A stretch of 64,000 nt of DNA from Gemmatimonadota bacterium (lineage in GTDB: Bacteria; Gemmatimonadota; Gemmatimonadetes; Palauibacterales; Palauibacteraceae), in the NCBI GenBank assembly GCA_963666735.1, contig OY762926.1:2848001-2912000 (forward strand), read 5' to 3'. The number at the start of each line of letters is the position of its first letter. The first letter of the stretch is position 1. Of this stretch, positions 9,520 through 20,026 are shown one piece after another. The notes under the pieces are model-generated. The model was not told where the DNA came from. It saw nothing but the letters and a program-made list of their open reading frames with translations, and ran no database searches. The translations under genes were made by a program, and so were the position numbers.

Positions 9520-9760
9520 CGGAGAGCAGGGACTCCAACGCCGCTGGCGTCAGGCCGTTGGCGGCCGCCTCCTGGCTCATGGCGTCCATCGCGACCGCCA
9601 ACCGATCCCAAGCGGTTCCGCGCAGTCGCTTGAACTGCTCCACCGACAGCATCACGCCCACTGGCGTGCCGTTCCGCGTGACACGCACGGGTCCCTGCTG
9701 GGCGAACCGAAGCAGCTGGCCGAACCGGTTCTTAGCCTCTTTGGCAGTTAGTTCTCTCAT
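9509..9760 (-). CDS. Phd/YefM-family antitoxin
   Basis: MRELTAKEAKNRFGQLL...PVRVTRNGTPVGVMLS; overlaps PIN gene. Confidence 0.92.
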   Translation of the reverse strand: MRELTAKEAKNRFGQLLRFAQQGPVRVTRNGTPVGVMLSVEQFKRLRGTAWDRLAVAMDAMSQEAAANGLTPAALESLLSDDS

Positions 9761-9929
9761 GTGGACATAATAGCTACTGTGGCTTCGACCGGTCAAATCG
9801 GACCTCTCGCCAACGACCGTGCAATACCACCCTTTCCGCGCCGGGTACCCTCACCGGTCGGTCCCCAAGCGCGACGCCCCCGTTAGGCCGACAATTCCCG
9901 TGGACACTTGTGGCGTCTTGGATCGTCCA

Positions 9930-10262
9930 CCGCATCTCCAAGCTCACGTCCGGGCCACCCTTCAGGCGAGGGATCATGTGGTCCAAGGAGAGCCTACCTT
10001 CGCATCCGCAGTAGCAGCATGTCGTGCCGTGGACGATCTTCGTCTTCTCGTCGTACAGCAGGGACCGCATCGTCACGTCACCAGCCAAGTATCCGTTGCG
10101 GAAGCGTGCCCGGATCATGAAGTGCACCGCCTCATAGCGAGTCTTGCCCTGCTCGACGGCCGCATGGGACATCGCCAGTCGCCCATAGCTCCAAGCGAAG
10201 TGTTCCCGCACCGAAGAGTGCAGCTCCGGTGGCTTCATTGGCAGTTGCTGCGAGGTGTTCAT
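9930..10262 (-). pseudogene. Truncated HNH endonuclease
   Basis: CCYCGCEGRLSLDHMIPRLKGGPD present but the N...CxxCN half is missing. Confidence 0.7.
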
Positions 10263-10749
10263 TGGGCTCCCCTCTGCCGACTGCTCGGCCACCCCGAATC
10301 ACGCTGTTTGTTGGGCCGCCCAGCCGTCCACCAACCGGCTCGATTGCGATCTCCTCGACACGGTTGCGGACTTGCCGGAGCTCGCAGACCACCATCTACT
10401 ACGGCCTCCCGATGCTCCGGTCCGGCCTCGTAGATTGCCTTCATCCCCCGGCGGGCGGATGGATGCCATAATCATCCAAGGGTAGGCGGGCGCCCGCCGG
10501 ACGAAAACCTCCGCGAGGACGAGGGGGGCTCGGGCTTGACGGGCCGACCCAGCGCACCCGATGTGGTCGGCCCAGGGGAACATCTTCGCGTAGGCGGGGA
10601 CATGCGCTCGGTGCCGGGACGCCATGGCTCAGGGACGGTGCCCACTCCCGCAACCTCCCGGAAATTGAGGCGATTTGCCGCTGTTTCGGTGCGTAGGAAT
10701 CGGATACCGGACCGACGGCAAAGCGGCAGATCGTGCACGCCTATCCGCG

Positions 10750-10942
10750 CACGGGCGACCCGGCCCTCACGGCCTTCGATCCGGACTTCGTGATCCTCTC
10801 GGCAGGCTTCGGCAGCCGGGTCGACGACCTCCTGGGCTGCTTCGCGCTCACGGACGACGCCTTCCGCCGCATGACCCGGACGGCGATGGACTACGCGGAC
10901 AGCTGCTGCGAGGGGCGCGTCGTCGTTCGCGGCGCGTCTTAG
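10750..10942 (+). pseudogene. C-terminal fragment of a histone deacetylase family protein
   Basis: PALTAFDPDFVILSAGF..RVDDLLG...CEGRVV resembles the SAGFDxxxxDPLG region with degenerate metal ligands. Confidence 0.7.
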
Positions 10943-11026
10943 CTTGCATTCAACACCCTCTGTGGTTTCGATCGCAGGGCGCGGGGCCTCCTCGGGGGCC
11001 CCTGCTTCTCTTAAGGGCAGTCAGCG

Positions 11027-11389
11027 ATGCGAACGTTCGTCTACGTGGATGGCTTCAACCTGTACTATGGAGCACTCAAGGGTTCTTCGTGGAAGTGGTT
11101 GGACTTGGTCGCGTTGTTCGACAACATGCTTCAGTCTCACCATCGGATCGTCACCGTCAAGTACTTCACGGCTCGTGTCTCGGGGACGTCCGCCGACCAA
11201 TCCAAGCCACAGAGGCAGGATCTGGATCTCCGCGCCCTCGGCCTCGTGACGCCGGGAGCTCGGCGTCCTTCACGCCAGCTCATGGCGCACGCGCACTCTT
11301 CGAGGCGCATCCGATCCAGTGCCCTGGCACGCTCGCAATTGCCGGATCGGATTCCGGACACGCGAATTCGGAAACCCGCGCTCGGGTAG
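11027..11389 (+). pseudogene. NYN-domain RNase with internal deletion
   Basis: MRTFVYVDGFNLYYG, VKYFTARVSG, C-terminal SQLPDRIP..IRKP; central EK..D and DSD motifs absent. Confidence 0.75.
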
Positions 11390-11433
11390 GTTGCCGGTCC
11401 AGGAACCTGTGATGTGGGGGTGGGCCGCCCGGG

Positions 11434-12474
11434 TCAGACGTTAAAGCGGATGTGGAGGATGTCGCCGTCGGCGACGACGTAGTCCTTGCCCTCCACCTGC
11501 AGCAGGCCCGCCTCCTTCACCGCCTGCTCTGAGCCGTACTCCGCGAACACCTCGTACGGGATCACCTCCGCGCGGATGAAGCCTCGTTCCATGTCGGAGT
11601 GGACCCGGCCCGCCGCCCGCCTGGCGCGCGTGCCGCGCCGGATCGTCCATGCACGGACTTCGACCGGCGCGGCGGTGAAGAAGGAAATGAGATCGAGGAG
11701 CCCGTAGGCCGCGCGGATGAAGCGGGCGAGCGCCGGTTCGCGCAGGCCGAGCGCCTCCACGAAGGCTGCCCGGTCCTCCGGGTCGAGGTCGGCGATCTCC
11801 GCCTCGACGGGCGCGGACAGCGCCAGGCCGCCGGCCCCCATCGCGGCGAGTCGCGCGGCGAGCGCCGGCGGTAGCGCCTCCCCTGCCCGGTTCTCGCTGC
11901 GGTTCAGCACGGCGAGCAGCGGACGGTCCGTGAGGAGGCCGTAGCCGCGAAACGGCGCGCGGTCCAGTTCCGCCCGGGGCACGGTCCGCAGCGGCTGCTC
12001 GCCTTCGAGTGCCTCAAGCGCCCGTTCGAAGGCGGCGATCTCGACCGCGTCCGCCCCCTCGCGACGCGCCCGGTCCAGTCGGCGCTCGACGAGGTCGAGG
12101 TCGGAGAGCAGACATTCCGTGGCGAAGGCCTCCAGTTCGCCTTCCGCGTCCGGCGGGTCCGCGAGGGAGGGGTTGTCGAAACCGCGGAGGACGAGGCAGA
12201 GCGCTTCCTGATCGCGGATCTGCTGGAGCCCCCGCGGCGACAGACCCCTGCTCGCCGCGCCGTATTCGCCCGGGATGTCGCAGAACCGCATCTCCGCGTA
12301 CGTCGTCCGGCGCGGGGAGAGGCGGGCTCTGAGGGCATCGATTCGTTCATCCGGGACCCGCACCGTACCCAGCCGCACCTCGCCGCCGAACCCGACCGGG
12401 ACGCCGAGCCCCGTCATCGCGTTGAATACCGTCGTCTTCCCCGAACCCGCGAACCCCACGAGTCCTATCTTCAC
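11434..12474 (-). CDS. ychF: YchF/Obg-like ATPase
   Basis: GFAGSGKTT P-loop, LISFFT, HSDMERGFIRAEV, EGKDYVVADGDILHIRFNV. Confidence 0.9.
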   Translation of the reverse strand: MKIGLVGFAGSGKTTVFNAMTGLGVPVGFGGEVRLGTVRVPDERIDALRARLSPRRTTYAEMRFCDIPGEYGAASRGLSPRGLQQIRDQEALCLVLRGFDNPSLADPPDAEGELEAFATECLLSDLDLVERRLDRARREGADAVEIAAFERALEALEGEQPLRTVPRAELDRAPFRGYGLLTDRPLLAVLNRSENRAGEALPPALAARLAAMGAGGLALSAPVEAEIADLDPEDRAAFVEALGLREPALARFIRAAYGLLDLISFFTAAPVEVRAWTIRRGTRARRAAGRVHSDMERGFIRAEVIPYEVFAEYGSEQAVKEAGLLQVEGKDYVVADGDILHIRFNV

Positions 12475-12503
12475 CGCGTCCCCTCCCCGCTTATCTTCGG
12501 TGC

Positions 12504-12923
12504 GTGAATATCGAAATCCCCGTCTCCGCCGGCGAACTCATCGACCGGATCACCATCCTCCGGCTGAAACAGGCCCGGATCCGCGATCCCCGGAAGCTCG
12601 CAAACGTCGTCTCCGAACTCGGGCGCCTCGAGGAAATCTGTGAACGGACCATCGGGCCGCTCGAGGAAGCCCCGCTCCGCGTCATGGAACGCGCCGGGGA
12701 ACTGGAAGCCGTGAACCGGGGCATCTGGGATGTCGAGGATAAGTTGCGCGCTCTCGAACGTGCCCGCGAGTTCGGCTCACCATTCATTGAAGCGGCACGG
12801 CAAGTCTACCGTCTCAACGATGAACGCCACCGCCTCAAGCGCGCCCTCAGCGAGGACTACGGCTCCGGTATCCTCGAAGAGAAATCCCACGCGACCGCGG
12901 ACCCGGAGACCAGCTCAAGATAG
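12504..12923 (+). CDS. DUF6165-like helical protein
   Basis: IPVSAGELIDRITIL, LEAVNRGIWDVED, ARQVYRLNDER, EEKSH. Confidence 0.75.
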   Translation: MNIEIPVSAGELIDRITILRLKQARIRDPRKLANVVSELGRLEEICERTIGPLEEAPLRVMERAGELEAVNRGIWDVEDKLRALERAREFGSPFIEAARQVYRLNDERHRLKRALSEDYGSGILEEKSHATADPETSSR

Positions 12924-12974
12924 TCGCAGGTTTCGGGTCGTCGGGGGCTCCGGGGAGTCGCGGGCTCGGCTCGG

Positions 12975-14750
12975 TCAGGGGCAGAACGGGTCCAGGCGGT
13001 CGGCCACCGCGGCCAGTCCGTCCACGGGAGAGGCTTCGCTCCCGGCCACCTTCGAGATCCGGATCGCGACGATGCCGTTGGGAAAGAGGACGACCCGGTG
13101 GCCGCCCCAGCCCGACATGCGCGTGAGGTCGACGACGCAGCCCCCCTCACCGACATGGTTCTGGTGCCACAGTGCGAGGGAGTAGCTGGGCTGCCCGATT
13201 TCGGCGGGCGGGCCGAAGGCGATCCCGCGGACGTCCGTCCGGTAGAGGACCTCGGCGGTCAACTCGGGGTGCAGCAACGGTTCGCCCTCGTGTACGCCGC
13301 CGTCCTGCAGGAGGCGGGCGATCTTCGCGAGGTCGTCCACCGTCGGGTAGTAGCCCTGTGACATCTGGGGCAGCGTGAGCGAGCCGTCCGCCTCGATGAG
13401 CCGATTCGTCGGTGCGTGCGGCACGCCGATGGGGCGGTAGACTTCCTCCTCCAGCATCTCCCACAGGTCCGCCCCGTCTCCGGCTCGATGCTTGAGGTAG
13501 GCGTCCATCGCCGCGCCGATGAGGAACGCGTCCTGGTCGCGGTAGCGGACGACCTCCCCCGGCCCCCACGGGTGGTTCGAGGCGCGGAACACCTGGCGAA
13601 TCCGAGCGTCCTTCGAAATCGCCGTGTACCAGTCGTCGTAGCCGATCAGGTAGCCGTCGCCCGTGGTGTTGGGTTCGGTCCGCGTCGATCCCTCGCCCAC
13701 GCCGGTGGCCATGTTGAGGACATCGCGGAAGCGGACGTCGTCCCAGCCGTCGTGGTCCGCCGTCACATCGAGGTGATCGGCGACCCGTTCGTCGAGGACG
13801 CCGCGCCCGTAACGCTGCGCGAGACGGAGAGCGGCCACGGTGTTGCCGGTGGACTTGGTGACGGACCAGATCCCGAAGCGCTGCTCCCGGCAGAAGGGAA
13901 GCTCCCCGAACGGCGTCGGGCAGTCGGCGGCGTAGAGGGTGTCCCGCACGAGAAAGGCCGCGGTGACCATGCTCTCGACATTCATGTTTCCGTGCATGGC
14001 GTCGAACGCGGTGTCTCCCACCTGCGGGCGCAGGTCGGAGATCGGGCGCAGGGGCAGGCGCCGCGCCTTCTCGGCGGCGAAGGCCTCGACCGCCTCCGCC
14101 GGTGCCGGGCCCGGCGTGTACTCCGCGGCGAGCTGGCCCCACATCAGGCGCCGCTGAACGAGGAAATAGGGCCGGCCCTGGGTCACGGTCTGGAAGCGGA
14201 CGCCCGACACTTCCCGGTCGTTGAAGGCGAAGGTCGCCACGCCGTTGTAGGTCTCGTTCTCGACGGAACTCGCGAGTTGCAGCGGGAACGCCGCCCGCGA
14301 CCACGTCTCGCCCGGTTCGGACCACACGGTGCCGGGTCCGACCAGAACGTCCCAGTAGCTCCCGGCCTCGGTGCGCGTGCCGGACACGATGAGGTTGCGA
14401 TCCCACGGGATCAGGTCACGGCCATCCACTACGAATCCCAGCGAGACATCAGGGAAGCGCTTCGTGTCCCGGCCGATGATGCGGCGCGGGTCGAGGTCGG
14501 CCGGATCCGTCTGCATCTCCGCGCCGGTCAACGCGATGGTGCCGGAGAAAGGATGCCGGGCGGGCTCCGCCTCGGACGAGGGAAGGAAGCGGTCGTTGGC
14601 GAGCATGGCGGGCGGCGCCCACGCTCCGCGGGCGAGCTCCTCCAGGGGAATCCGCTCTCCGTCGCCCGATCCCACCCCGTTGCAGGCACCGCACAGGAGA
14701 GCCACGGCGAGGCCCGCGACGAGTTGGAGCGGTCGATCTTGAGCCATCAT
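12975..14750 (-). CDS. Beta-lactamase-fold serine hydrolase lipoprotein
   Basis: Lipobox-like LCGAC, SVTK (SxxK), YRD, DLAKIARLLQDGG, SGWGG. Confidence 0.82.
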   Translation of the reverse strand: MMAQDRPLQLVAGLAVALLCGACNGVGSGDGERIPLEELARGAWAPPAMLANDRFLPSSEAEPARHPFSGTIALTGAEMQTDPADLDPRRIIGRDTKRFPDVSLGFVVDGRDLIPWDRNLIVSGTRTEAGSYWDVLVGPGTVWSEPGETWSRAAFPLQLASSVENETYNGVATFAFNDREVSGVRFQTVTQGRPYFLVQRRLMWGQLAAEYTPGPAPAEAVEAFAAEKARRLPLRPISDLRPQVGDTAFDAMHGNMNVESMVTAAFLVRDTLYAADCPTPFGELPFCREQRFGIWSVTKSTGNTVAALRLAQRYGRGVLDERVADHLDVTADHDGWDDVRFRDVLNMATGVGEGSTRTEPNTTGDGYLIGYDDWYTAISKDARIRQVFRASNHPWGPGEVVRYRDQDAFLIGAAMDAYLKHRAGDGADLWEMLEEEVYRPIGVPHAPTNRLIEADGSLTLPQMSQGYYPTVDDLAKIARLLQDGGVHEGEPLLHPELTAEVLYRTDVRGIAFGPPAEIGQPSYSLALWHQNHVGEGGCVVDLTRMSGWGGHRVVLFPNGIVAIRISKVAGSEASPVDGLAAVADRLDPFCP

Positions 14751-14856
14751 GAACACCCCTTCGATGTCTTGGAGGCGTCGTTGCCCCCGCGTAGCTTGCG
14801 GTGAAACCACTCGACCTGTCACGAGGGGGTGCAAAACGGGTCATGGAATCGGGATC

Positions 14857-15380
14857 GTGCCGCGCAGGCTGTTCCCCGCGCTCGCGGCGACACTCGCGGC
14901 GGCGCTTACGGCTTCGTGCGACGGGAGTACCGGTCCATCCAGCTTCGAACCGGGAGCGCTGGCGCCCGGGGAATCGTGGCGGATCCACAGGTGGTCGGCG
15001 TCATCGGCACGTCCTGCTCGGCCGGCGCCGTGGCCGCTTCGCCGGTGATCGGACCGGCCGGTTTCGCGATGGTCGCGCCGAACACCACGTCCCCGTTGCC
15101 GACCTCGAACCTCGCCGGCAACCCGAACTCCGCCTATCACCACGGCTACTACCGCGTCGCGAACAACGACCTCCATCAGGCGCGGGCTCTTTCCGACTTC
15201 GCCTACAATGAACTGGGTCTGCGGCGGATCGTGACGCTCCATGACGGCGACCCCTGCACGACGGCCCTCGTGAACGCGGTCGGGGCCGCGTTCGAGGCGC
15301 TCGGCGGCGAAGTCCCCGTCGCCACCGAAATCCGGAAGGGCGAGACGGACATGCCGGTCGGCTACCGGTTCACGCCGTGA
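14857..15380 (+). pseudogene. Fragmented branched-chain amino-acid ABC substrate-binding protein
   Basis: Lipoprotein signal in one frame; IVADPQVVGVIGTSCSAG...YYRVANNDLHQ in another; truncated. Confidence 0.72.
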
Positions 15381-16621
15381 TGTCCGCGTCGAATCGCGGC
15401 GCCGTCGCCGCGCCGGAACTCGACGACCTCTTCGCGGAAGAGGCGATCGCACGCCCGTACACCCATTTCGCGCGGCTGCGGGAGCGCGACCCCGTCCACT
15501 GGAACGAGAAGTTCGGGCTGTGGGTCGTGACGGGATACGATCCCGTCGTCTGGATCCTCCGGCACCACGAACTCTTTTCCTCGGCGGTGATACGAGGCGT
15601 GGAGGGGGCGCCGTATCCGCCCGTGCTGCCCGAGGACCTGCCCCTGTTCGACGAGGTCAAGACGTTCCGCGCGGATCAACTCGTGGAGCGGGACCGTCCC
15701 GAACACCTCGAGCAGCGGAAGACGGTCCACTCCTTCTTCACGCCGACCGCGATGGAGGAATGGCGGCCCTTCGTGCGCCGTGCGGTCGACGAACTCCTGG
15801 ACGAGTTGCGGCCCAGGCGACGCATGAATGTCGTCACCGACCTGGCCGCGCCGCTCCCGGTGCGGATCATCGCGCGGTTGATGGGCGTCCCCCGCGAGGA
15901 CATGGACACGCTCCGGGGGCTCGCGGACAGTATCCTCCACCTGAACCGAGGCGAACCCGACCGGCTGCGACCCCTGACGGAGGGGATCCGCGGGATCGTG
16001 GAGTACGCCCGCCCGTTCGTCGAGGAGCGGATCGAGAATCCGGGCGACGACCTGATTTCCGCTCTGGCGCGGGGGGAGACCGACGGCGTCTTCACGCGGC
16101 ACCAGGTGCTCGTGAATGCGGGATTGATGCTGTTCGCGGGACACGAGACGACGATGAACCTGATCTGTAACGGTCTCCGCGCCTTCATCGAGCATCCGGC
16201 GCAATGGGACAGGCTCAGGGCGGACCCCGACCGCTTTGCGCGTACGGCGACCGAGGAGTGTCTGCGCTTCGATCCGCCGGTGAAATCGACCCAGCGCATC
16301 GTCGCGCGGGAGGCCGAACTGTGCGGGAAGACGCTGTCCCCCGGCGAGCGGATCCGGTGGATCATCGCGGCGGCGAACCGGGACCCGTCCGTGTTCGAGG
16401 ACCCGGACCGGTTCGATATCGGGCGCCGGCCGAACCCCCATCTCTCCTTCGGCTCGGGCATCCACTACTGCCTCGGCGTCGCGCTCGCGCGCATGGAGGG
16501 ACAGGAAGTGTTCCGCGGGCTGGCGCGCCGCTTCGAGCGGTTCGAACTGGAGACGGATGAACTGCGCTACCAGCCGAGCATCCAGTTCCGCTCCATCGAA
16601 TCCATGCCTGTGACGTGGTAA
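15377..16621 (+). CDS. Cytochrome P450
   Basis: AGHETT I-helix, EECLR (ExxR), FGSGIHYCLG heme motif. Confidence 0.97.
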   Translation: MMSASNRGAVAAPELDDLFAEEAIARPYTHFARLRERDPVHWNEKFGLWVVTGYDPVVWILRHHELFSSAVIRGVEGAPYPPVLPEDLPLFDEVKTFRADQLVERDRPEHLEQRKTVHSFFTPTAMEEWRPFVRRAVDELLDELRPRRRMNVVTDLAAPLPVRIIARLMGVPREDMDTLRGLADSILHLNRGEPDRLRPLTEGIRGIVEYARPFVEERIENPGDDLISALARGETDGVFTRHQVLVNAGLMLFAGHETTMNLICNGLRAFIEHPAQWDRLRADPDRFARTATEECLRFDPPVKSTQRIVAREAELCGKTLSPGERIRWIIAAANRDPSVFEDPDRFDIGRRPNPHLSFGSGIHYCLGVALARMEGQEVFRGLARRFERFELETDELRYQPSIQFRSIESMPVTW

Positions 16622-16641
16622 GGCCGCGGCGTGAGCATCCC

Positions 16642-16878
16642 ATGGTGACGATCGACGTCGATCGCGGGCTCTGCGTCGGCAACGCGATGTGCGTGGCCAC
16701 CGCCCCGGGCGTGTTCGCGCACGACGAGGACCGCCAGTCGACGGTCGTCGACGCGGAGGGCGACCCGGCGGCGCTCGTCCTCGAGGCGGCGGCCAACTGC
16801 CCCGTGAGCGCGATCCGCGTGATGGATGCCGACACGGGCCGGCCGCTGTTTCCGCCCGAGCCGGCTGCGGGAAGGTGA
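16642..16878 (+). CDS. Ferredoxin (probably 3Fe-4S), P450 electron donor
   Basis: CVGNAMC...AAANCPVSAI. Confidence 0.9.
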   Translation: MVTIDVDRGLCVGNAMCVATAPGVFAHDEDRQSTVVDAEGDPAALVLEAAANCPVSAIRVMDADTGRPLFPPEPAAGR

Positions 16879-17696
16879 GCGACGTGTCCGAGCACGCGGG
16901 CCGCCGGGTCGTGATCACCGGCGCCGGGGCGGGAATCGGCCGGGCGGTCGCATTGGCCTACCTCGACGACGGGGCGCGGGTGCACGTCTGCGACCGCGAT
17001 CCCGACGCGCTCGAAGACCTGGTGCGTTCGGCGGAGGGCGACGTCGCCGGGACGGTGTCGGACGTCAGCGTCGAGGCGGATGTGGAACGGCTGTTCACCG
17101 AGGCGCTCGCGCGGCTGGGCGGCCTCGATGTCCTCGTGAACAACGCGGGGACGGCCGGCCCCACCGGGCCCGTCGAAACGCTCGATCTCGATGGTTGGCG
17201 GCGGACGCTGGCGGTCAACTTGGACGGCATGTTCCTCTGCGCCCGGGCCGCCGTCCCGGCCCTGCGGCGCGCGGGAGGCGGGTCGATCGTGAACCTCTCC
17301 TCGACCGCGGGGCTGCACGGCTATCCGCTGCGCAGCCCCTACGCCGCGGCGAAATGGGGGGTGATCGGCTTCACCCGCACCCTGGCCATGGAACTGGGTC
17401 CGGCCGGGATCCGCGTGAACGCGATCTGCCCCGGCAGCGTCCGCGGCGACCGCATCGACCGCGTGATCGCGGCCCAGGCGGCGACGCGGGGAGTGTCCGA
17501 GGAGGCGGTCCGGCAACACTGGCTGCGGCAGATTTCGCTCCGGCGCTTCGTCGACGCGGAGGACGTGGCCGCGCTCGTGCTCTTCCTCACGTCCGGCGCG
17601 GGTGCGAAGATATCCGGGCAGGCGCTCCCCGTGGACGGACACACCGAGGGCCTGAGTTCCGGCGCGGACACGAGCAGCGACCCCAGCGGCGAATAG
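16875..17696 (+). CDS. Short-chain dehydrogenase/reductase
   Basis: TGAGAGIG, NNAG, YAAAK; GTG overlaps ferredoxin stop. Confidence 0.93.
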   Translation: MSDVSEHAGRRVVITGAGAGIGRAVALAYLDDGARVHVCDRDPDALEDLVRSAEGDVAGTVSDVSVEADVERLFTEALARLGGLDVLVNNAGTAGPTGPVETLDLDGWRRTLAVNLDGMFLCARAAVPALRRAGGGSIVNLSSTAGLHGYPLRSPYAAAKWGVIGFTRTLAMELGPAGIRVNAICPGSVRGDRIDRVIAAQAATRGVSEEAVRQHWLRQISLRRFVDAEDVAALVLFLTSGAGAKISGQALPVDGHTEGLSSGADTSSDPSGE

Positions 17697-17756
17697 CGGG
17701 ACAACGTCACCTCGCGGTGCGCTTCGATCTCGTATTCGTTCGTCGGCGTCGTACGT

Positions 17757-18449
17757 TCAAGGTCCCGTGCCGAGGAGCAGCCACGCGGCAAACGCCGAGA
17801 GCGAAAGTCCGGCGCCCCACACCACCCCCGCGACCATTCGCTTCCGGCTGCGCGCGCGGCAATACGCTGCGCCAAGCATCGCATGGAAGCTCGTCTCGAA
17901 GATGCCCACCGGCGGACCGCTCGCGTCGGACCACGTTACGGAAAGAACGCTGACAGGAGACGCCTCCACCGGTAGAAGGGCCGCTGCAGGTCCCGACGGG
18001 TCCACGCCGCACAGCGCGAGCATCAGCCGGAGCGTGTGGCCGGCGAGCAAGATGTAAGCGGCGTGAACGGTCAAACTGAACAGCTGCCTGAACGAGACGC
18101 GGGGCCCGGGCCTCACTCTCGACACCACGAGGAGAATTCCGGCCAGGGCAGCAAAGTACAAAGGCGCGTTGATCACCGCGGCGGCCGCCACGAGCGTGTG
18201 TGCGGCGACGAGCACGATGAAGCCTCCGGCGACCGGCAGGCCCGCGATGGATTCGATCCCGTATTCCGAACCGGCCAGCCCGGCCAACGTCAGCATGGAC
18301 GCGCTCGCCACCACGTATACGGCCAGCGCTCGCCTCCACTCGGGCTCTTCCACGAGCACATCGAACAACCCTTCGCGTGCCGTGAACAGCATCCCGATAC
18401 GTCGCGGTAGCGAAGGAGGCCGTACCCTCCCTGACGTGCTCTCCGTCAC
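17757..18449 (-). CDS. Yip1-like multi-pass membrane protein
   Basis: R.IGMLF.....F..L.EEPEW start and about 5 hydrophobic segments, VSFRQLFSLTVHA. Confidence 0.6.
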   Translation of the reverse strand: MTESTSGRVRPPSLPRRIGMLFTAREGLFDVLVEEPEWRRALAVYVVASASMLTLAGLAGSEYGIESIAGLPVAGGFIVLVAAHTLVAAAAVINAPLYFAALAGILLVVSRVRPGPRVSFRQLFSLTVHAAYILLAGHTLRLMLALCGVDPSGPAAALLPVEASPVSVLSVTWSDASGPPVGIFETSFHAMLGAAYCRARSRKRMVAGVVWGAGLSLSAFAAWLLLGTGP

Positions 18450-18452
18450 GAA

Positions 18453-19727
18453 TCACCGCCATCCGCCGGCGAACGGTGGCGGTCCCGGCGCAGCCCGCAA
18501 CTCGTGGATGCGGAGCTGATCCTGGCAAAGCAATGCTATCCGGTCGCCGAGGACGGCGACATCCAGCTCCGCGCATCCGGAGTGCGGGTCCAGGATCCCA
18601 CGTGTAACGACCGAAACCGAATCGTCTGCCGAGAGGGGGATCGTCGTGGCGAAAACCCGCGAGGAGGCCGAGAACGGACGTACCCAAAGATCGCCCCGGG
18701 CCGTCCGCACGCCGCGCGAGAAGGGAATGACCGAACTCCCCGCGTTCGATGGAATCCCGTCGCGCTGCGCCGGTCCGGTCTCCCTGTACTCCCGTTCGAT
18801 GTCCGCTGCCTGGGCCGCGATGGCTTGGACGAGCCATCCGGGAAAGGCGACCGGGGCGATGTCGGCGATCCGGGCCGACGCAACGTCGAGCGTCGCGCGC
18901 CAGGCACCGTAGGCGCGGACATCCGTATTGCGAAAAACGACGATCGTGTCGGGCGCGAGGACGGCAAACTCAAGATCGTACTCCGCCCAATTCGATCGAA
19001 CATCGCCGGGCGACAGCTCCGGTGGAAGTTCCCCGGCCAAGTCCACGGCCTCGTCGCCGGACTGCACCGCCAGCGAGGCGGACCGGCCGTCGAACGTCCG
19101 GTACAAGACCGCGCCGTCCGGCAGTACCGTGAAGCCCCGCACCAACTGCGGGACCTGCATTTCCTCCAGCAGCCGGCCGTCCGGATCGAAGCGGGACAGC
19201 CGGGCGAGCCGCAGATCGGCCACCCACACGCCGCCCCGAGGGTCTGCTTCGATCGAGTAGGGGTGTTCGAACTCGCCCGGGCCCTCGCCCGGGCCTCCGA
19301 TCACGGCTCGCAGCTTCGCATCCCGGTCGAGTCGCAGAACACGCTTCGCCGATTGGTCGAGAACGTAGACCTCGTCTGCCGCAGCGACGTCCACGGCGAG
19401 ATCCCACGCGCGCTCGATGAACGACTCCGACCGCATGTCGAGAGGGTCGGCAGGGAACCCCGCAATGAACGCGCCCGGTTCAAGGACGCGGTAGCCGGCC
19501 ACCGCCGCGGCGGCGGGAGCTGCCGAGGGGACGGATCCGCCCCGGCTCTCCAGGTCTCCGTCATCCGCGCACCCGGCGGCTATGGCCGCCACCGCCGCGG
19601 CGGCGCTCCCCCGAACGAAGCGTCTCACTGCAAGTCGCAATCGATCCAGTGATCTCGATGGAGCGCATCGGCGGCTCTTCAGGGGGTTCAGCGTAGACGG
19701 GTGGCGGAACGACTTGAGGTCGGACAT
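18453..19727 (-). CDS. 6-bladed beta-propeller (NHL-like) lipoprotein
   Basis: AIAAGC lipobox, VYVLDQ, IGGPGEGPGEF, VWVAD; start uncertain. Confidence 0.75.
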   Translation of the reverse strand: MSDLKSFRHPSTLNPLKSRRCAPSRSLDRLRLAVRRFVRGSAAAAVAAIAAGCADDGDLESRGGSVPSAAPAAAAVAGYRVLEPGAFIAGFPADPLDMRSESFIERAWDLAVDVAAADEVYVLDQSAKRVLRLDRDAKLRAVIGGPGEGPGEFEHPYSIEADPRGGVWVADLRLARLSRFDPDGRLLEEMQVPQLVRGFTVLPDGAVLYRTFDGRSASLAVQSGDEAVDLAGELPPELSPGDVRSNWAEYDLEFAVLAPDTIVVFRNTDVRAYGAWRATLDVASARIADIAPVAFPGWLVQAIAAQAADIEREYRETGPAQRDGIPSNAGSSVIPFSRGVRTARGDLWVRPFSASSRVFATTIPLSADDSVSVVTRGILDPHSGCAELDVAVLGDRIALLCQDQLRIHELRAAPGPPPFAGGWR

Positions 19728-19843
19728 TTGATCCTCCCGGGCCAATGGGGACTCGCTCCAAGGCTTTCTTATCACCCGAATCAGACGACCACAAGCTACG
19801 TGTAGTACGTGTAGGTATGAGGACGGAGACCGGGGACCGTCGC

Positions 19844-20016
19844 CGCTTCGATCCGCCGGTGAAGTTCACCCAGCGCCATCGTCGGGCGCTCGTGCTCTTC
19901 CTCACGTCCGGCGCGGGTGCGAAGATATCCGGGCAGGCGCTCCCCGTGGACGGACACACCGGGGGCCTGAGTTCCGGCGCGGACACGAGCAGCGACCCCA
20001 GCGGCGAATAGCGGGA
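19844..20016 (+). repeat. Chimeric duplicate: P450 segment (16265-16304) fused to SDR 3' end (17571-17701)
   Basis: 19886-20016 matches 17571-17701 almost exactly; 19844-19884 matches the P450 RFDPPVK segment. Confidence 0.92.
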
Positions 20017-20026
20017 GAACGACGAC

